This document shows positions 47,108 to 56,544 of a DNA stretch of 60,382 nt, piece after piece (position 1 is the stretch's first letter; the number at the start of each line of letters is the position of its first letter). Where the stretch lies: the NCBI GenBank assembly GCA_045863855.1, contig BTVV01000030.1:1-60382 (forward strand), read 5' to 3'. The notes under the pieces were generated by a model. It did not search any database. It was not told the origin of the DNA and saw nothing but the letters and a program-made list of their open reading frames with translations. This stretch comes from Planctomycetota bacterium (GTDB lineage: Bacteria; Planctomycetota; SZUA-567; H5-PLA8). The translations under genes and the position numbers were made by a program.

Positions 47108-49814
47108 TAAAGATAAGGAATCCGCCGGATGATAAGAGATTCTGTTCGGCCTGTCTTGGCCGGCTGGGTGTGGGACTGGGTTTTCAGGTCTCGCGTTCGA
47201 GGCGATGGTAAGTTGGCCCTGTCTAGCTTAATGGCCGGTTTCGCAAAGCGAACAAGAAGCCTGTATACGCGCCGGTTCTTTTTTATGCGACCAACTGCGC
47301 CTCCTGTTCGCAAGCTCACCCGCACATATCGGGGAATTGTGTGGGCAACCTGCTTGTCATTTCCCAAGTACTTCCCGGACCTGGTGAGCCAGCGCGTTGG
47401 GGGAAAACGGCTTCTGCAAGAAGTTCACTTGCTCGTGGAGAATGCCGTGCCGGACGATTGCGTCGTCGGTGTAGCCAGAAAGATAAAGCACCTTCATCTC
47501 GGGATGGAGGCTCAGCAACCGCTCGGCGAGGACCCGCCCCCCCATACCGGGCATCACGACGTCTGTAACGAGCAAGTGAATCTTCTCCCGGTGGTTCGTG
47601 GCGACCCGTATGGCTTCCTCGCCGTGGCTCGCTTCCAGGACGGTGTAGCCGCACTGCTGCAAGGTGAAGCGGGTCAGCGCGCGAACGGCGTCCTCGTCTT
47701 CGACCAGCAGCAAGGTTTCCGTCCCGCGCGGGGCGGAACCGAGACCGGGCCCGGACTTCCCGGACTTCGCGGCCTGTTCCAGGCGTGGGAGGTAAATCTT
47801 GAACGAGGTCCCCATGCCCGGTTCGCTGTAAACTTCAATCGTACCGTCGCTCTGCTTGACGATGCCGTGAACCACCGCCAGTCCCAGACCAGTGCCCTTT
47901 CCGGTCCCCTTGGTGGTGAAAAACGGCTCGAACAAGCGACGTTTGACCTCCTCGGTCATGCCTGTTCCCGTGTCCGCGACCGCCAACATCACATACGAAC
48001 CGGGCCGCACCTCTGCATGGGATCGGGCGTAGTCCTCGTCGAGAACGACGTTGTGGGTTTCGATGGTGAGTCTGCCGCCTTGCGGCATGGCGTCGCGGGC
48101 ATTCACAGCCAGATTCAGAAGAACTTGTTCCAGCTGTCCCTGATCGGCTTTCACGCTTCCGAGTTGAGGATCCAACACGATAGAAAGGTGGATGTCCTCG
48201 CCGATGACTCGACGAAGCATTTTCTCGGTGTCCCGAACCACCTCGTTCAGGTCCAACACCTTCGGGGCCAGAACCTGCTTCCGGCTGAAAGCCAACAATT
48301 GCCGGGTCAAGGATGCCGACCGTCCCACGGCCTTGCGGATTTCCAGCAGCATTTCCCGCTTGGGATCATCCGCAGGTGTCGCTCGAAGCAAGAGTTCGCT
48401 GTATCCGGTGATGAGGGTCAGCAGGTTGTTGAAGTCATGGGCTACGCCGCCGGCCAATTGCCCGATGGCCTCCATCTTCTGCGCCTGCCGCAATTGCTCT
48501 TCGAGTTCCTTCTCGCGGCTGATGTCGAGGAACGTCACCACCAACCCGACAAGCTCCTTGCCGCGCCACATCGGGTAAGACCAATACTCGGCGTCGAACT
48601 TCGTCCCGTCGGCACGCCAGAATACTTCGTCCTTGACGTGAGTCCCTTGCCGCGTGTGAATCCCCCGAACGATCGGGCATTCGTCCTCGGGGTACGGACG
48701 GCCATCCGGATGGTGGTGGTGGATCAGGGCGTGCATGTTCCGACCCTTCAGTTGCTCGGGGTCGGCATAGCCGAGGAGCCGGGCGCATGTCGGATTCGCC
48801 AGCATGCAGTTGCCTTGGAGGTCGATTCCGTAGATGGCCTCGGCCGTGGAATCGAGCAATAATTGGACGAGTTCTTCTCGCTCGCGAACCGTTTCCGTGG
48901 CCTGCTTGCGCTCCAACTCGCCCGCCATCGCCGCGCGCAGACGCGCGATCCACCAATCGAGCCGTTGCCGTTTGAATTCCGAAACCGCCATCGGTTCGGG
49001 CCGGAGGATGAGTTCCGCCGGTTGGTAGTAAGGATTGGGACAGACCAGATCGGAGATAGCCACCAATGGGTGAGTGACGAGCAGGTCATGGATGAGCGCG
49101 GCATCAAACCGCGGCCGCAAGTAGTGGCACGCGATCACCGCCCGGTGCTTGGCCAGGAACTCGTTGAGTAACGCCTCATACTCGATCAACCGATCGCCTT
49201 CCAAGTTCGCGTCGAGCGCCCAGGTCATCTCCCCCTGGAACCGTAAACCGGCGTAGCCGTCGGCAATCGCCGCCGACTCGCACTCCGTCAGATAGTCGAG
49301 CATGCTGCGGGCATCGAACTTCCCGTCGCGGAGGTAGACGTCGTGCTTGGTCAGGATCTTGAGCGAGCCCTTTTCGGTTTCCTGGGCAACATTCACGCCC
49401 AAGGCGGCAAATCGCCGGACGAGTTCCTCGAGCGGCGAATCGTTAGCGACATAGAGGCAGCGCTCGCCAATCCGCAACCCCGCGGCGATGAACGCCACGG
49501 CGCTGGCGGTCTGTTCCGCCAAGCTGTCGTGAATCGGGCAGAGGTGATCGCCTGGGCGAAGTTTCGCGATCTCGTGGTTCAGTTGAATGGTCATGCTTCC
49601 CCCCGCTGGTCACGACCGTTAGCGGTCTCCAAGCCGGTGGGTTCGCATTGCTTAGTTGTGCAGAAATAACCCTGCCGCCGAACTTTTTATTATGCCCCGG
49701 CTACTTATTGTGGAGCTATTCACCACACCATATACGGTTCTGCGCCAAATCCAATGGCTTTCATCGCCGTTCTAGTAAACTTCCGGCGCGGTGCGCATCT
49801 ATCGGTACCCATTC
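47108..49814. mobile_element. Putative inserted islet bounded by direct repeats, no integrase
   Basis: Flanked by 81-bp direct repeats; visibly more AT-rich than the flanks. Confidence 0.65.
47357..49594 (-). CDS. MEDS-PAS hybrid sensor histidine kinase / response regulator
   Basis: MEDS (GDHLC, GEMTW, YEA.LN, C.Y); PAS; AHDFNN; NARDAM; FEPFFTTK; GTGLGL; REC (LLVEDE, DVVMP, KPF). Confidence 0.93.
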   Translation of the reverse strand: MTIQLNHEIAKLRPGDHLCPIHDSLAEQTASAVAFIAAGLRIGERCLYVANDSPLEELVRRFAALGVNVAQETEKGSLKILTKHDVYLRDGKFDARSMLDYLTECESAAIADGYAGLRFQGEMTWALDANLEGDRLIEYEALLNEFLAKHRAVIACHYLRPRFDAALIHDLLVTHPLVAISDLVCPNPYYQPAELILRPEPMAVSEFKRQRLDWWIARLRAAMAGELERKQATETVREREELVQLLLDSTAEAIYGIDLQGNCMLANPTCARLLGYADPEQLKGRNMHALIHHHHPDGRPYPEDECPIVRGIHTRQGTHVKDEVFWRADGTKFDAEYWSYPMWRGKELVGLVVTFLDISREKELEEQLRQAQKMEAIGQLAGGVAHDFNNLLTLITGYSELLLRATPADDPKREMLLEIRKAVGRSASLTRQLLAFSRKQVLAPKVLDLNEVVRDTEKMLRRVIGEDIHLSIVLDPQLGSVKADQGQLEQVLLNLAVNARDAMPQGGRLTIETHNVVLDEDYARSHAEVRPGSYVMLAVADTGTGMTEEVKRRLFEPFFTTKGTGKGTGLGLAVVHGIVKQSDGTIEVYSEPGMGTSFKIYLPRLEQAAKSGKSGPGLGSAPRGTETLLLVEDEDAVRALTRFTLQQCGYTVLEASHGEEAIRVATNHREKIHLLVTDVVMPGMGGRVLAERLLSLHPEMKVLYLSGYTDDAIVRHGILHEQVNFLQKPFSPNALAHQVREVLGK

Positions 49815-49884
49815 CGCGGTACTCGTGCAGCATGCTGCGCGAGACGCCCAGACCGGTGACGGCGACCTTGATGCGGCGGGGCAT
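49815..49884 (-). pseudogene. Truncated 5' copy of the Gfo/Idh/MocA gene
   Basis: MPRRIKVAVTGLGVSRSMLHEYR versus intact MPRRIQVAVTGLGVSRSMLHWYR, then similarity is lost. Confidence 0.8.
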
Positions 49885-49895
49885 GAGCGGCTCCT
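49815..49895. repeat. Direct repeat copy 2 (81 bp)
   Basis: Matches 47027-47107. Confidence 0.95.
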
Positions 49896-49954
49896 GGGAT
49901 GGTGGCCGCAGTATAATTCGCCCCCGCACGGGTGCGCGGGCATATACGAACCTC

Positions 49955-51031
49955 TTACTCGCCCGGCTCCACCTCGGGGTCGGCGGTGCGCGCTTCTCGG
50001 GCGGCCAGCGTTTTCCAGCGCGTCCGGCGCTGACCGATCCACTCGGCTTCCGTGCTTAACCCCTGCTTGGCGTAAAACGCTTCCAAATCGCCGTAGCGCT
50101 TGAGCGGGTCGAAGCGCAGGTTCCAAGCCAGCTTGCGGTGGCAGACCGGGCAGAAGTGGATCGGCGCCGCGTCCGTCTCGGGCAGGCTGTTGCTCCCGTT
50201 CATCGAGCAGCGGTAAAAAACGCAGTGCGTCAGACCGAACATGTGCCCCGTCTCGTGGTTCAGCACCTTGCAACTGCGCAGCAGCCCCTTCACGTCGTCC
50301 CCCGGCAGCGGCCGCCGCCCCCAGAACTCCGGGTAATACCGAGCCAGGCTGTACACCCCCACGCGGTGCTTGAAGCTCCCCAGCCCGAAGACGTACGTCA
50401 GGTCGTCCGCCCAGAGGTCCTCCATCGTGATGCCCAGGCAGACCGCCGCGTCAGCCGGCAGCCGCGGCTTCAGCACCTCCGTCAGGATCCGCTCTCCGTC
50501 GTACTGCTTGTCGTAGCTCCCGTGCCGGTTTCCCATGGGGACGATTCGAAACAGATCCGGCTTCCCTTCGGGCGCCGTCAGCGCCACCTCGGGATCGATC
50601 CGCGCCGGAAGCTGAAAAAACGCCTCCGCGTACGCGCGCATCGCTTCCAGCACCGGGCGGCGCTCCGCGCTGAACGTCCCCAACGGCTTCAGGACGATCG
50701 TCCGCCGCTGCGGCGTCGCGCGCGTCGGCTTCTGCAGCTTGTAGGTTTCGAGCGGTTGGACGGGTTCGGGGTAGATCGAGAGCCATTCGCCGGGCTTGGG
50801 CGGCCCGAGCTTCTCGAACCCTTCCACGTCCAGCGGATCGAGGCTCGCGTAAACCTTCGCCTTGACCTCGTCCAGCGTCGCCGTGACCGGATCGGCTTCG
50901 CCTTCGCCGGAACGTGCCGTCGCCGTCCAGAGCACCGCGCCGCCCAGCGCCAGCATGCTCACAAACCCGCAGGCCCAAGCCAGCAGGGGAGCTGGCGTCT
51001 CGTCCTTAGGCGTCCGGCGGCTGGAATTCAC
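49955..51031 (-). CDS. Archaemetzincin-like zinc metallopeptidase (M54)
   Basis: HETGHMFGLTHC...C.MNGSN...E.D.....CP.C; N-terminal TM or signal. Confidence 0.88.
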   Translation of the reverse strand: MNSSRRTPKDETPAPLLAWACGFVSMLALGGAVLWTATARSGEGEADPVTATLDEVKAKVYASLDPLDVEGFEKLGPPKPGEWLSIYPEPVQPLETYKLQKPTRATPQRRTIVLKPLGTFSAERRPVLEAMRAYAEAFFQLPARIDPEVALTAPEGKPDLFRIVPMGNRHGSYDKQYDGERILTEVLKPRLPADAAVCLGITMEDLWADDLTYVFGLGSFKHRVGVYSLARYYPEFWGRRPLPGDDVKGLLRSCKVLNHETGHMFGLTHCVFYRCSMNGSNSLPETDAAPIHFCPVCHRKLAWNLRFDPLKRYGDLEAFYAKQGLSTEAEWIGQRRTRWKTLAAREARTADPEVEPGE

Positions 51032-51134
51032 GCGGATTTATCCCCATCCCCGATTTATTAAGACGCAAACCGGGGGCACACGGTTCATAGTTATATGCGA
51101 GCTTTCCGGAGCCTGCCGTTCCGGCCTTGCACGA

Positions 51135-51163
51135 TTGACATAACTTCTGCGCAAAGCCATAAT
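51135..51163 (+). promoter_or_regulatory. Sigma70 promoter for the kinase gene
   Basis: TTGACA-17nt-CATAAT. Confidence 0.7.
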
Positions 51164-51261
51164 TAGACCAGCCAGAACGGCTATCTTAAGCTCGTCGTAT
51201 ACGGTGCGCCGGGACGCCAGGGGCCGGGCCGACCGGCGTAGACCGAGGAGATGCCTCAAAC

Positions 51262-53919
51262 GTGGCCAAGCTGGTGGTACGCAAGGGCCGCAACGTCGGC
51301 ATGGAGTACAAGCTCAACGCCGACCGGCTGGTCTGTGGCCGGCGCTCCGCGTCCCCGATTCCTATCATCGACGCCAAGGCCTCCCGCGAACACGCCGAGA
51401 TCATCCGCAAGGACGGCAAATTCTTCGTCAACAACCTCAGCCGCAACGGAACCTACGTCAACGAGAAGCTCGCCAGCCAGAACGGCGAGGGCCCCACGCC
51501 CCTCGGCTTCGGCGACAAAATCCGCATCGGCGAGACCGTTCTCGAGATGGTCGACGAGAAGGCCGAGAAGATCGAGATCGAGATTCCCGGCTACAAGATC
51601 CTCGAAAAAATCGGCGCCGGTGGGATGGGCAACGTCTACAAGGCCAAGCAGCTCTCGATGGACCGCGTCGTCGCCCTGAAGGTCCTCAACGAGAAGTACG
51701 GCGGGAACCGCGAGTTCGTCGAACGCTTCATCCGCGAAGCCCGCGCCGCCGGCAAGCTCAACCATCCCAACGTCATCCACGTCCACGACGTCTCCAAGGC
51801 CAACGGCCGGCACTACTTCTCGATGGAGTTCGTCGACGGCAACTCGGTCAAGGAACTCCTGCGCATCCAGCGCAAGGTCAAGCTCGACCAGGCCCTCGAC
51901 ATCGTCATCCAGACCGGCAAGGCCCTCGAATTCGCACACGAAAACGGGATCGTTCACCGCGACATCAAGCCCGACAACATCATGCTCACCAAGGACGGCG
52001 TCGTGAAGATCGCCGACCTGGGCATCGCCAAGACCTTCGACGAAGGCGGCAGCGGGCAGTCCTCGCAGCACCAGAACCGCGTCATGGGCACGCCGCACTA
52101 CATGGCCCCCGAACAGGCCCTGGGCAAGGAGATCGACCACCGCGTCGACATCTACTCCCTCGGCGCGACGCTGTACCACATGCTCACCGGCACCACTCCC
52201 TTCACCGGCTCCACGGCCCACGAAGTACTCAAGGCCCACATCCAGGACAGCCTTGCCCCGATCCAGGACCTCGTCACCGACGTGCCCGATCCGGTCTGCT
52301 TCATCGTCGAGCGCATGATGGCCAAGCTCCCCGAGAAGCGCTATCCGAACATGACCAAGCTGATCCAGGACCTCGAACGCGCGCAGCAGGGCGCGCACGA
52401 AGGGATCGAACGGATCGCCGCCGGCGACAGCACCATCATGCGCGCCGTCACCGACGAAGAAGCCCAGCAGGTCACGAAGAAAAAAGGCAACATCACCGAA
52501 GAACTCTCGACCGGCGTCCAGACGCCCGTCGGCGGACTGCTGCTCTACGGCGGCGTGGCCGTGGTCTTTCTCGCCGTCGTCGCGCTGGTGGTCCTGCTCC
52601 TGCGCGGGCGCAACGAAGACGACCCCCCGACGCCCCCCGACGCGCCCGGCCCCGGCACGACTCAGCAGCCCGGCCCGACCGCGTCCTCAAGCGGATCCGG
52701 CGCCGCGCAGACGCCGCAGACCAACGAGCAGGCCGAAAAGCTTCTCGCCGAAGCCAAGCAACTCCTCGACGTGGACGGCGCCTCGCGCGAAGCCGAAGCG
52801 CGCCTCACCGAGCTGATCGCCAATTACCCGACGCTGACCCTGCGCGACGAAGCCGAACGCCTCAAGGCCGGCATCGCCGAGAAGCGTAAACAGGCCGCCC
52901 TCAAGCAGGCCCAGGAACGGCTCGACGCCGCGCGCAAGTACGAACAGACCCACGGCGAGGACCCCGGCGAGTTCAAAACCATTGCCGACCAGTTCGCCGA
53001 AGTGGCCAAACAGGCCGGCGAAGCCGCTTCCGTACGCGACGAGGCCGACCGCAAATTCAAAGAGTACGAAGAGAAACGCCGTAACCATGCGCAGCAGGCG
53101 CTGCAAGGCGAACTCGACAACGCCCTCGCCCAAGCCAAGGGACCGGCCGCGCAGAAGAATTACGACGGCGCGCGCCAGCCCCTCGAAGCCTTCATCCAGG
53201 CGCATAAGGGCTCGCCGCAGGGCGTCGAAGCCGAGAAGCGCTTGGCCGAACTGGAAGCCGAAGCGCAGCGCCACTTCGACGAAGCCCGCGCCGACGCCGA
53301 ACGCAAGGCCAAGGACGCCTCGCGGCCGCTGCCCATGGCCCTGGAAACCTGGGAACGCTACCTCGCCGATGTACAGGACGGCAAGCGCCGCGGCGAAGCC
53401 GAGAAAGCCCGCGACGCCGTGCTCGCCACCGCCCAGAACTTCGCCCAGCAGGAACGCGCCGAGGTCAAGCAGCTCGCCGCGGCCACGCGTTACGAGGACG
53501 CCATTCAGCGCCAGCGCAAGTTCGTCGCAAAGCTATCCGGCACCAAGTGGGAACAGGAAGAAGCCGGCCGCGACGCGCAGCTCGAAAAACAGAAAAAGCT
53601 TCACGAGAAAGTCATTAAGAACATCCTGCAGCGCGACGGAGCGCCGTTACCGCTCCCGTTCGAACTGGTCTTTGCCAAGATCGACGTCAAGACCTGGGCC
53701 ATCGCCGGCACCCGCGACGATGTGGTGAATCTGGACCCCATTCCCAAGAACGCGGCCCCCGGCATGTCCAAAAAGTTCGCCGATTTCGAACCCGCCCAGC
53801 TCTATCAGCTTTACAAGCTGTTCCTGGCCAATCCCGCGCCCGAGGATCACGCCGGGCTGCACGCCTTCTGTCTCGAACGCGGTCTGAACGCCGAAGCCGA
53901 AGCGCACAAGAAGGAATAA
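51262..53919 (+). CDS. FHA-domain membrane Ser/Thr protein kinase
   Basis: GAGGAG SD, GTG start; FHA (GR, SREH, NGTYVN); IGAGGMG, HRDIKPDN, DLG, GTPHYMAPEQ; TM; helical C-terminal region. Confidence 0.93.
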   Translation: MAKLVVRKGRNVGMEYKLNADRLVCGRRSASPIPIIDAKASREHAEIIRKDGKFFVNNLSRNGTYVNEKLASQNGEGPTPLGFGDKIRIGETVLEMVDEKAEKIEIEIPGYKILEKIGAGGMGNVYKAKQLSMDRVVALKVLNEKYGGNREFVERFIREARAAGKLNHPNVIHVHDVSKANGRHYFSMEFVDGNSVKELLRIQRKVKLDQALDIVIQTGKALEFAHENGIVHRDIKPDNIMLTKDGVVKIADLGIAKTFDEGGSGQSSQHQNRVMGTPHYMAPEQALGKEIDHRVDIYSLGATLYHMLTGTTPFTGSTAHEVLKAHIQDSLAPIQDLVTDVPDPVCFIVERMMAKLPEKRYPNMTKLIQDLERAQQGAHEGIERIAAGDSTIMRAVTDEEAQQVTKKKGNITEELSTGVQTPVGGLLLYGGVAVVFLAVVALVVLLLRGRNEDDPPTPPDAPGPGTTQQPGPTASSSGSGAAQTPQTNEQAEKLLAEAKQLLDVDGASREAEARLTELIANYPTLTLRDEAERLKAGIAEKRKQAALKQAQERLDAARKYEQTHGEDPGEFKTIADQFAEVAKQAGEAASVRDEADRKFKEYEEKRRNHAQQALQGELDNALAQAKGPAAQKNYDGARQPLEAFIQAHKGSPQGVEAEKRLAELEAEAQRHFDEARADAERKAKDASRPLPMALETWERYLADVQDGKRRGEAEKARDAVLATAQNFAQQERAEVKQLAAATRYEDAIQRQRKFVAKLSGTKWEQEEAGRDAQLEKQKKLHEKVIKNILQRDGAPLPLPFELVFAKIDVKTWAIAGTRDDVVNLDPIPKNAAPGMSKKFADFEPAQLYQLYKLFLANPAPEDHAGLHAFCLERGLNAEAEAHKKE

Positions 53920-53979
53920 TCGAAGCGCCCGCCCTTGGGCGAGCGTCTTGCCTCGTAAGCCGGTTCGTGGCCGTGACTG

Positions 53980-54018
53980 CTCCCTTCTCCCCCTGGGAGA
54001 AGGTCAGGGGATGAGGGC
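53980..54018. repeat. REP-like palindromic intergenic element
   Basis: CCTTCTCCC-CCT-GGGAGAAGG hairpin followed by TCAGGGGATGAGGG. Confidence 0.5.
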
Positions 54019-54054
54019 GGTTCGGCCGGCCTTCCGCCGCACAGGAGACTTCGC

Positions 54055-56361
54055 ATGCCATTCGCTCGATTCCGCGCGGCCTGGATGCTCGGTTGCGCCC
54101 TCGCCGCGGCCTGTGTCTGCGCCTTGGAAGAACCCAAGCTCCCCGACGGCATCGAAAAGCTCGATCCCGCCATCCAGGCCCGGCTCGACGCGCTCGTCCA
54201 ATCGGCCGAACGCTACCGCGGCCTCGCGCTGCCCAAACGCATCGCCATGGGCCAGCTCGACACCGAAGCCCTCAAGAAAAAAGTCCTCCTGATGTTTAAG
54301 GACGAACTCCCCGCCGAAAAAATGGAACCCATCCAGCGCACCTACAAGGCTTTTGGCCTCGTGCCCGCTGCGATGGACCTGAACGTTTACTACCCCGAAC
54401 TTCTCACCAGCCAAATCGGCGGCTTCTACGAACCCAAAGAGAAGTACCTCGTCTTGGTCAAGGGCGGAGCGGGCGTCAACGCCGAGATCGGCAAGCGCTA
54501 CGGCGCCGAGATGGGCGCCAAGATGGACGACATCGTGATGGTTCACGAGATCACCCACGCCATTCAGGACCAGCACTACGATCTGCAGAAGTTCGGGCAC
54601 GACGCGCCGCTTTCCGACGCCGCCGCCGCCAAGCTCGCGCTCATCGAAGGCGACGCCACGCTCGTCATGTACAGCCACTTCTACGGGCTGCCCATGGAAA
54701 CCCTGCCCATGGTCGAATCCCAGATCCGCTCGATGGGCCAGGACCCCAAGGCGCTGATCGATATGATGCCCGAGATGCCCGGCTCCAAGGAGATGTCCTC
54801 CGCGCCCGCCGTCATCCGCGACAACCTCCTCTTCAGCTACATCCAGGGCCTGGGCTTCTGCCTCGCCGTGCGCAAAGCCGGCGGCCAGAAACTTCTCGAC
54901 CACGCCTTCAAAACCGATCCCCCGCGCAGCAGCGAACAGATTCTGCATCCCGAAAAATGGATCTTTAAGCGCGACGATCCGATCCTGCTCAAACTGCCCG
55001 ATCTCGCCGCCGTCCTGCCCGGCTACGCCAAACTCAGCGAAGGCACCTGGGGCGAATTCAACACGCAGCTTGTCCTGGTCGAAAAGCTCGGCGCCGCCGC
55101 GCGCGCGCGCTGCCAGCAGGCCGCCGAAGGGTGGGGCGGGGACTTGTTCGGACTTTACGTCAAAGACGGCGACGAACTCCTCGCCTGGATCACCGAATGG
55201 GACGGCGAGCCCGATGCGCGCGAATTCGAGGCCGCCGCGCGCCAGGGCTTCAACGCCGAAGCCGCCGCCGGCCGGCTCGTCGCGCGCCAAGGCGCGCGCG
55301 TGATCGTCGTCGCCGGAAGCGCCGCGCAAAAGCCCGAACTCGCCGCCGCGCTCTTCGCCGCGCCCGCAGAACGCCCCGCCGCCAAGAACATCGACTTCGC
55401 CGCACTCGGCATCGCAGAAACCGACAAGCCCAAGCAGGCCGGCTTCGACGAGATGCTCAAGCTCCTCAACGATCCGGCCGTACAGAAGATGATGCAGGAC
55501 ATGCTCGGCGGCGAAGGCGGCGGCGAACTCCAGAAACTCCTCGGCGGAGCCGAAGGCGCCAAGGACACGGCCGAAGCGCCGGGCGAAGGGCTCGACCTCA
55601 ACAAGCTGATGAACGATCCGAACCTGCAGAAGATGGCCGAGCAGATGCTCAAGGGCGAAGGCCAGGAAGGCGGCGGGATGGATCTGGGCAAGCTGATGAA
55701 CGATCCGAACTTCATGAAGCTCGCCGAAAAATTGCTCAGCGGCGGCGGCGCGGACGACGCCGATACCGCGGCGGCGATGGAGAAGATGGCGCAGCAGATG
55801 CTCGCCAACCAGCCCAAGCCCGCCAAAGGCGCCGTCGCCGGCGGCGTCTACCGCAACGAGAAGGAAGGCGTCGAACTCAAGCAGCCCAAGGCCGCGGGCT
55901 GGACCTTCAGCGACGCCCGGCCCGAAGAAGGCGGAGAACTGGTCCTCGCGCAGCTCGAAAGCGCCGACGGCGCCGCCCGCGTCGGCATCGTCCAGGCCAC
56001 CATGCCCATGGCCGTCCCCATCGAGATGATGCCCATGTCCCTCGAAATGGGACTCGGCATGCGCTTCAAGAACCTCAAGAAACACAAGAGCGGCTTCATC
56101 GAATCCGCGGGCCGCAAAGGGCACGAGATCGAATTCTCGGCGAACGACGCCGGCCGCGACCTCCATGTCCTGCAGCACACGTACATCGTCGGCAACAAGA
56201 TGATCGCCGTCACCGCCTCCTCGCCCGAACAAGACTGGAAAGCCCACGAAGAAGCCATCCGCGAAGCCATCGGCAGCTTCAAATTCATCGCCCCGCCCGC
56301 CGCCAAAACGCCCGCCGCACCCCAGCCCACGAAAGAAGAAGCCGAAGTCCTCAAGGAATAG
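54055..56361 (+). CDS. Exported HExxH metallopeptidase-like protein with Met-rich NDP repeats
   Basis: AGGAG SD; signal peptide; HEITHAIQDQH, ALIEGDA, PPRSSEQILHP, AAEGWGGD; three L.NDP repeats. Confidence 0.75.
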   Translation: MPFARFRAAWMLGCALAAACVCALEEPKLPDGIEKLDPAIQARLDALVQSAERYRGLALPKRIAMGQLDTEALKKKVLLMFKDELPAEKMEPIQRTYKAFGLVPAAMDLNVYYPELLTSQIGGFYEPKEKYLVLVKGGAGVNAEIGKRYGAEMGAKMDDIVMVHEITHAIQDQHYDLQKFGHDAPLSDAAAAKLALIEGDATLVMYSHFYGLPMETLPMVESQIRSMGQDPKALIDMMPEMPGSKEMSSAPAVIRDNLLFSYIQGLGFCLAVRKAGGQKLLDHAFKTDPPRSSEQILHPEKWIFKRDDPILLKLPDLAAVLPGYAKLSEGTWGEFNTQLVLVEKLGAAARARCQQAAEGWGGDLFGLYVKDGDELLAWITEWDGEPDAREFEAAARQGFNAEAAAGRLVARQGARVIVVAGSAAQKPELAAALFAAPAERPAAKNIDFAALGIAETDKPKQAGFDEMLKLLNDPAVQKMMQDMLGGEGGGELQKLLGGAEGAKDTAEAPGEGLDLNKLMNDPNLQKMAEQMLKGEGQEGGGMDLGKLMNDPNFMKLAEKLLSGGGADDADTAAAMEKMAQQMLANQPKPAKGAVAGGVYRNEKEGVELKQPKAAGWTFSDARPEEGGELVLAQLESADGAARVGIVQATMPMAVPIEMMPMSLEMGLGMRFKNLKKHKSGFIESAGRKGHEIEFSANDAGRDLHVLQHTYIVGNKMIAVTASSPEQDWKAHEEAIREAIGSFKFIAPPAAKTPAAPQPTKEEAEVLKE

Positions 56362-56544
56362 GCTGCGGTTCGCCCTCTGACCGGAGTGCCGGGGAAAAGG
56401 GAGCCTGTTCTGGCCTCTCGACGTTCTCCCATAGCCTTGCCCTTCTCCGCGTCCTCTGCGTCTCGGCGGTGAACGCACTCGTCCTCCGCCTGCCCCTCGG
56501 ATAAGCTCGCTGCGCCGGAACCGAACGCACTCAGGACGCACACC

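Noticed and set aside
47129..48862. 577-aa plus-strand ORF in the islet considered as a possible recombinase
   Set aside because: Antisense to the hybrid kinase; no tyrosine or serine recombinase motifs
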